Source: Nitrososphaeraceae archaeon
GTDB lineage: Archaea; Thermoproteota; Nitrososphaeria; Nitrososphaerales; Nitrososphaeraceae
Reading direction: 5' to 3'
Assembly (NCBI GenBank): GCA_025935105.1
Contig: JAICVW010000012.1
Span: 1 to 19,613, forward strand
Length of the DNA: 19,613 nucleotides
The position numbers were made by a program, and so were the translations under genes. Each line of letters begins with the position of its first letter. The stretch's first letter is position 1. Shown one piece after another: positions 15,114-19,613 of this stretch. Under the pieces are notes generated by a model. It was given only the letters and a program-made list of their open reading frames with translations. It was not told the origin of the DNA and did no database searches.

Positions 15114-15572
15114 TCAGTCTTGATATGGAATTTTGATAGGAACTGGGCTCTCTGCCTGGATATTGCCTCGTTTGACAGCATTAGAATACTCACACATCTC
15201 CTTTACTTCTTTCATGTCCTTCTCATGAGCTGTTACTGCTCTATGACCTGCGGAGGAAATCAGCTCTAAATTCTTTGAAAACTGTAAATTCAACAAAGAA
15301 TGTACATGGTTTTGATTTCTATGATGGGGACTTATTGGAGGCTTTGATTGAGAACCTTGTGATTTCTGAGTGTCTTCATTGTTAGGAGTAGTGTTGGATT
15401 GCAAGGTTTTGTTTTGGAACAAATTAGGCCACATATTCATATTCATATTCATATTCATATTCATATTCATATTCATATTCATATTCATATCCGTACTAAT
15501 ACCACCAGCAGAATTTGCAGCTGGAGGCTCAACAGGTCTGAGCTCAGGCCGCAACTCATATGCGAGTTCCAC
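15114..15572 (-). CDS. Low-complexity hypothetical ORF containing a (Met-Asn)9 repeat. It may be the displaced C-terminal part of the decayed HTH gene upstream.
   Basis: The ORF has a GTG start and is rich in Q, N, S, P and H. It contains DMNMNMNMNMNMNMNMNMNMW, encoded by the hexanucleotide microsatellite. No family is recognised, and coding status is uncertain. Confidence 0.3.
   Translation of the reverse strand: MELAYELRPELRPVEPPAANSAGGISTDMNMNMNMNMNMNMNMNMNMWPNLFQNKTLQSNTTPNNEDTQKSQGSQSKPPISPHHRNQNHVHSLLNLQFSKNLELISSAGHRAVTAHEKDMKEVKEMCEYSNAVKRGNIQAESPVPIKIPYQD
15432..15490. repeat. Hexanucleotide microsatellite: (catatt) on the plus strand and (ATGAAT) on the minus strand, 9 perfect units plus 5 nt
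   Basis: Read directly from the sequence. There is 59 nt of perfect 6-nt periodicity. The unit length preserves the frame, and all three long ORFs crossing it (MN, IF and HI repeats) are products of the repeat. Confidence 0.95.
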
Positions 15573-15648
15573 AATTTCGTGATCTTGGTATCACCCAACT
15601 CATTTAGCAATCGAACTATCCTAAAACCTGAGGCGCATTGTGAAGGTT

Positions 15649-15852
15649 TCAAATTTGCCCTTTCATCATGATCCCGAGGTCTCTAAGTTCTATTGCGTCA
15701 GCTTCATCTAGGCCCATTTTCAATGCTGCGACAATATTTGAAACAGATCCTTGGCCGATGCCTGTTTTTGAAGCTATTTGATTTCTGCTTTCTCCCTATA
15801 AATACAGACTTATCACGGTAATCCTCAAGTTCTGTGGGATGTTTGGACGCAT
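15649..15852 (-). pseudogene. Helix-turn-helix DNA-binding protein gene interrupted by an in-frame TAG (67 codons if read through)
   Basis: My manual minus-strand translation from ATG 15852 gives MRPNIPQNLRITVISLYL*GESRNQIASKTGIGQGSVSNIVAALKMGLDEADAIELRDLGIMMKGQI*. The pattern R..I..LY..G.S...IA..tGi....V.... is a classic three-helix HTH, of the resolvase, transposase or terminase-small-subunit type. The TAG at 15798-15796 falls at a linker position between the first helix and the helix-turn-helix core. The ORF is absent from the track because each half is under 60 aa. Confidence 0.5.
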
Positions 15853-17152
15853 AATGGCAATAATACGCGGAGGCAACGTATATGGATTACGGCATATCTT
15901 CCAGCTCGGTCATTTTGGTCACCAAAAAACAATATTTTGGCCATCAATTTGGTCAAACCCACCCCTGGTACCTGAATGACTAATTCCTAGAAATATTAGG
16001 AACCGAACCGGTTTGCGTCCTTTGAAGGCTTGATATAAGAAAAGTTGCTCCTTGGATCATTTAGACCCTATTATTTCCTACATCGCTCTCATATTGCCAC
16101 TATTCAACGACGAATAGATTTTTTTCTCTAACGGGCAGAATTAGGATGCGGATCATGTGTGGTTGGCTGGAAACTCAAAATGCACTCAATTTAGTTGCAT
16201 TTGGCCCAGGTCAGAACCTACACCTAGTCTGCTGATTATCTGGATTCATCTCCACTCAAAGCATCTTAGGCAGACTATTCATGAGTGTCTGGCCTACTTA
16301 GATGCAGTTTCGGCCTCAGCCTGAGAAAGTGGAAATGTATTCTGTAAAAATTCGTGTGACTATGTTTGCCAAAATTAATCAAACAAGCGGATCTGATGTG
16401 ACGGTCATCATGGGGTCCAACTCATCTTTTGAACAAATAACGATCTTATTTCTGGAATCAAAGAGCAGTACCGCCACCCAAGTAATATTTTCATAGTTTT
16501 TGTTCAAATGTCAGAATTTAGTTCAAGGTAGTCTTAGGTATCAATATGGAAAGTGTTGTAATATTCTTGAATATTATTAATTCAACTCAGGCCGACACCC
16601 AACCTAAATATGAAGCAATTCTTTTAAGATTAATGTCTTGATGGAGTTTGATATTAGGGCTATGGCTTAATAGTAGGCAAACTAAATGAAAAAGTTGCCC
16701 TCGCTTACCGCACAATGAACATTCATTATGCTGTTTACCCATGCTGGCTGTCCTCTAGTGGTGTTGGTGGTCGCACCTTCGATAGTTTATCCACCTGCTC
16801 ATCCAAGTATCATTATCTTTGTTCTTTCTATTAACGATTACTTGAAATCTCTAGTGTAAATTTCATTTATTAGTATAAAGAATAGATAGTTGCGCAATTG
16901 GGTGGTTTATAGTTGCAAGCCATCAGAGACTGAGTTGAAAGTGGATTCTCTTTTATGATGCGTGTGGTGTAATTCCGAAGTACATAAAATATTTATCTGC
17001 ACCATTTAATAACACGGATAATTAAACAAAGATCACATTTTCGCTAGTTATAAAACGCTACAGAGTGTAAAATAGTATCCCTGAATTCGAATTCCTAAAG
17101 CCTTCATTTGACTGACAAACGGTTTTGCTGGCAAGTGAACATTATTAATTTA

Positions 17153-18199
17153 CTACCATTTGAAACCTGGCTCATCTTTTAATACACTTTCGAAGATTTG
17201 AATATAGTTCTTAGTCATTATTTCATCTGTAAAGAGATTTTTGACTCTCTTTCTACAGGCTTCTGGCGAGCATTCGTAAACTCTCTCAATGTACTGCTGT
17301 AAGTCTTGAGGAGTTTTTGCTAGAAAACCATTGACTTGATTTACAATTATATCATTCAATCCTCCGTTATCTAGTGCAAGTACAGGTTTACCATAAGCGT
17401 TGGCTTCAATGGCATATAACCCAAAGGCCTCGATCCAAGTAGGTTTTGGACACGCAATGACAGCTTGGCAGTTTTTGATCAATTCTATCTTTGTTCTATT
17501 GTCTACCAGTCCAATATATTCTGCCAAACCATCGCTATTCTGGCATTTTTCTCTAATCATATCTACGTACGAATGATGCGGTACGTGTGCGTCATCACCT
17601 GCTATTTTTATCCGGTTTTGTGTCCTTACAGCTAACTCTATAGAGTCTTCAATTCCTTTCTCTCTGACTATTCTATTTATCGAGAGAAGATAATCACCGT
17701 TTCTGTTATTATTACCAAGATTTATTTTTTCTAGTGGGGGTAGCGGTATTCCATGATGCACAAATCTCACCGGTATCTTAAGAATGGACGACATGTATTT
17801 GGCATGAAGTCTCGATAGTCCAATATACCTGGGAAATTGCAGCTGTTTTATCGGGACTTTTTGCCATTCTACTGTACCATGATTAGTATGTATGATTTTC
17901 ATGTTTGGAAATTTCCTACTAGACAGGTAAGAAAAGCAATGCCATGTGTTGTCCCAAATTATTCCATCTCCACTTCCGTATTCGTTTTCCAATAAATTTT
18001 TGTACATAATATAGTGTGCTTCTTCGGCAACTATTCCTTCATAAGATGGGCTTATAGTTTCTACCACTTTTAGGTTAGATGGTGTCCCTAATTTTCTTGC
18101 TGCATCTTGACCTATAGAGGACCCTCTAGCAGACACCAAAGTAACGTCATGATTTTTGCTGACCAAGTTTTTACAAACCCACCAAACGACCGCCTCCAA
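17153..18199 (-). CDS. GT4-family (GT-B fold) glycosyltransferase. The body of the gene is intact, but the canonical N-terminus lies in another frame; see feature 18200-18285.
   Basis: GLEAVVWWVCKNLVSKNHDVTLVS is the GT4 N-terminal G-G-x-E..V..L...L...GH.Vtl motif. EAFGLYAIEANAYGKPVLALDNGGLNDIIVNQVNGFL is the GT4 E-x-F-G...EA.a.G.PV...--gG..e.v..g..G.l motif. The track start is TTG. Confidence 0.85.
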   Translation of the reverse strand: MEAVVWWVCKNLVSKNHDVTLVSARGSSIGQDAARKLGTPSNLKVVETISPSYEGIVAEEAHYIMYKNLLENEYGSGDGIIWDNTWHCFSYLSSRKFPNMKIIHTNHGTVEWQKVPIKQLQFPRYIGLSRLHAKYMSSILKIPVRFVHHGIPLPPLEKINLGNNNRNGDYLLSINRIVREKGIEDSIELAVRTQNRIKIAGDDAHVPHHSYVDMIREKCQNSDGLAEYIGLVDNRTKIELIKNCQAVIACPKPTWIEAFGLYAIEANAYGKPVLALDNGGLNDIIVNQVNGFLAKTPQDLQQYIERVYECSPEACRKRVKNLFTDEIMTKNYIQIFESVLKDEPGFKW

Positions 18200-18285
18200 A
18201 CCTCCATTCGATATCCAAGTTTAAAATGAAAATAATCGGGAGGTGGAGTAGGTAAATTAGGGGCACTTATGACTAGTACTTTCAT
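18200..18285 (-). pseudogene. Detached 5' segment of the GT4 gene, encoding MKVLVISAPNLPTPPPDYFHFK... in a different frame from the gene body
   Basis: My manual translation from ATG 18285 (minus strand) gives MKVLVISAPNLPTPPPDY. This is the typical GT4 first beta-strand plus P-x-PP loop that normally comes just before the GG-x-E motif. The GG-L-E-A-V-V motif is read in the frame shifted by one base. The body frame has a TAA at 18223-18221, so the frames can only be joined between about 18220 and 18206. Confidence 0.6.
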
Positions 18286-18725
18286 TTATGAACACCGATT
18301 ATTATGGCGATGGTGGTAGATAATAATTGTTCTGTTGTAGGACTTCACCAAAAGAAGATGTATTTTTCTGAGGGTGGAATATATTCATATCTAATATTTT
18401 GAGGATCCAGCAGATGTCATTTTAAAAGACAGTGGAATTTATCTTGCAACATTTGAAATTAAATCATTCGTCGATACAACACTAATTAGAAGACATTCCT
18501 ATGACGGTTTCTGTATTTACATACCGATATAGTTACCTAAGGTCATAAGAATAGCGCAAGCTAATAGTTTATTATTCTACTAAAAAATTTCATAAACCAC
18601 AAAGACGTCTTAGGTAATCCATTATACTTCTAAATACTTTGTGGACCGAGCAAAAAATAGAAGGCCAAGTGAACAAGATAGCGACAGGATCACGTCTTAG
18701 CAACACAGGGACGGGGATGTATAAT

Positions 18726-19613
18726 ATGAAAGCTAACGTGATACATGGAGATTTTAATCCTTGTGGGGGAGCTGAAAGAGTATCGCTCATGACCATGTAT
18801 GCGTTATTTCAAATGGGAATAGATGATATTGATCTTACAACACTCACGAGCCCCAATATATCAAAGCTAGAGAACACATTTGGCAAAAGAATTGTTTCAG
18901 TTTTGAAAAGAATAACTAAAATTAATGTTATAGACATATTAGAGGAACTTCAAAAAGCACAAGCACATGAAAATGTTGAAAATTATGATTACGATCTGAC
19001 AATAAATACGAATGGTGACGCAGCTCCTTATTATCATCCATCTTTTTCAAAATACAATACTATTACTTATTGTCACTTTCCTACCACTAAATACCATATA
19101 GATTCTGAGAATTCTGTATATCTAGAAACGGATTTGGCCATGACAGAAACCTCGAATAATATTTTTTCAGAAGCCAAGTACTATAGAGAGCTCAATAATT
19201 CAACTTGTAAATCCACGATTCAATTTAGAGGCAAGAAGGAGTGTTTTGAAATAATAAAATATGGATACTGGAATTTGTTAAGAAATTCCACACTGATTAC
19301 TAATTCTCAATTTAGTCGCCGGGAAATAATTAATTCACTTGGATTAAATTTCAAGAACAACGATGACCAAAGTAATATCCACATCCTTAGTCCTCCTGTG
19401 GATATTGAGACCTTTCGTTATGTTGCCTCGACGAACGCAGATCATGAAAGGAGTTGTGATACTGTTCTTGTAATAACAAGAATTGATCCTCATAAGAAAA
19501 TCGAAAATGCAATCAACCTTGCAAAAATACTAAAGGATAATAAGATTGGTAGAGCAATGAAAATTGTTGGAAACCTTTACCATTGGTATTATGATTATTA
19601 TCCAAAACTTGAA
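18726..19613 (+). CDS. GT4-family glycosyltransferase, 3'-partial (runs off the right window edge); missing from the supplied ORF track
   Basis: I translated this by hand. No stop occurs from 18726 to 19613 (296 codons). The product is MKANVIHGDFNPCGGAERVSLMTMYALFQMG...TNSQFSRREIINSLG...DTVLVITRIDPHKKIENAINLAKILKD.... The motifs GGAERV, xNSxFxxxxi and RIdPhKkie.ai.la are GT4 hallmarks. An alternative ATG lies at 18717. Confidence 0.8.
   Translation, partial: MKANVIHGDFNPCGGAERVSLMTMYALFQMGIDDIDLTTLTSPNISKLENTFGKRIVSVLKRITKINVIDILEELQKAQAHENVENYDYDLTINTNGDAAPYYHPSFSKYNTITYCHFPTTKYHIDSENSVYLETDLAMTETSNNIFSEAKYYRELNNSTCKSTIQFRGKKECFEIIKYGYWNLLRNSTLITNSQFSRREIINSLGLNFKNNDDQSNIHILSPPVDIETFRYVASTNADHERSCDTVLVITRIDPHKKIENAINLAKILKDNKIGRAMKIVGNLYHWYYDYYPKLE

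Noticed and set aside
15370-15671. Plus-strand ORFs encoding (IF)n and (HI)n repeats
   Set aside because: Both are kept open only by the hexanucleotide microsatellite. They are artefacts of repeat periodicity.
15796-15798. TAG in the HTH gene as a recoded (pyrrolysine or read-through) codon
   Set aside because: TAG clearly terminates other ORFs in this window (6..287 and 4700..6067), and no Pyl machinery is visible. A nonsense mutation is more parsimonious.
16302-16496. 64-aa plus-strand ORF in the long noncoding gap
   Set aside because: It has no motif, no promoter context and a composition unlike the confident genes. It is about the length expected by chance in 1.3 kb.
18220-18226. ttttaaa (minus strand) as a programmed -1 frameshift slippery site for the GT4 gene
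   Set aside because: In the upstream frame the codons are cat-ttt-aaa, which does not fit X-XXY-YYZ phasing. The target frame has a TAA at 18223-18221, so shifting here would terminate at once. An indel or sequencing error is more likely.
18590-18796. 68-aa minus-strand ORF
   Set aside because: It overlaps the 5' end of the plus-strand GT4 gene, whose GGAERV motif lies at 18765-18782, and has no features of its own.
1-19613. CRISPR arrays, tRNA or rRNA genes, and intact IS elements
   Set aside because: The tandem and direct repeats found (6-, 12-, 31- and 47-bp units) lack repeat-spacer architecture. I saw no cloverleaf or T-loop (GTTCGAATC-like) signatures, no rRNA-like conserved blocks, and no transposase- or integrase-length ORF with terminal inverted repeats.

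Overview
This is an AT-rich window (about 37-40% GC by eye). It has no rRNA, tRNA or CRISPR array, few Shine-Dalgarno-like motifs, and A/T-rich TATA-like boxes 25-40 bp upstream of several starts. The gene content fits an archaeon, plausibly an ammonia-oxidising Nitrososphaeria/Thaumarchaeota member; that assignment is inference only. The supporting genes are a Sulfolobus-type zinc ferredoxin, a NirK-family two-domain multicopper oxidase, an amicyanin-like cupredoxin and a YVTN beta-propeller surface protein. Other confident genes are an HD-phosphohydrolase/GNAT fusion, an SPFH/prohibitin-family protein, an LhgO-family FAD oxidoreductase and two divergent GT4 glycosyltransferases. One GT4 gene runs off the right edge and is missing from the supplied ORF track. 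Genes are mostly monocistronic and alternate strands. Only about 60% of the window is coding, and there are four noncoding gaps of about 0.5-1.3 kb. Several loci look decayed: a 59% GC fragment of a CAP/PR-1 gene in 19-31% GC flanks, an HTH gene with an in-frame TAG, and a GT4 gene whose N-terminus is frameshifted. Repeats include a 47-bp direct repeat, an (ATGAAT)~10 coding microsatellite, a 12-bp coding tandem repeat and a 31-bp blade duplication. I cannot identify a coherent multi-gene novel system. The best leads are the HD-GNAT fusion, the small Cys-rich and His-rich proteins near the copper proteins, the receptor-like YVTN protein and the foreign CAP fragment.
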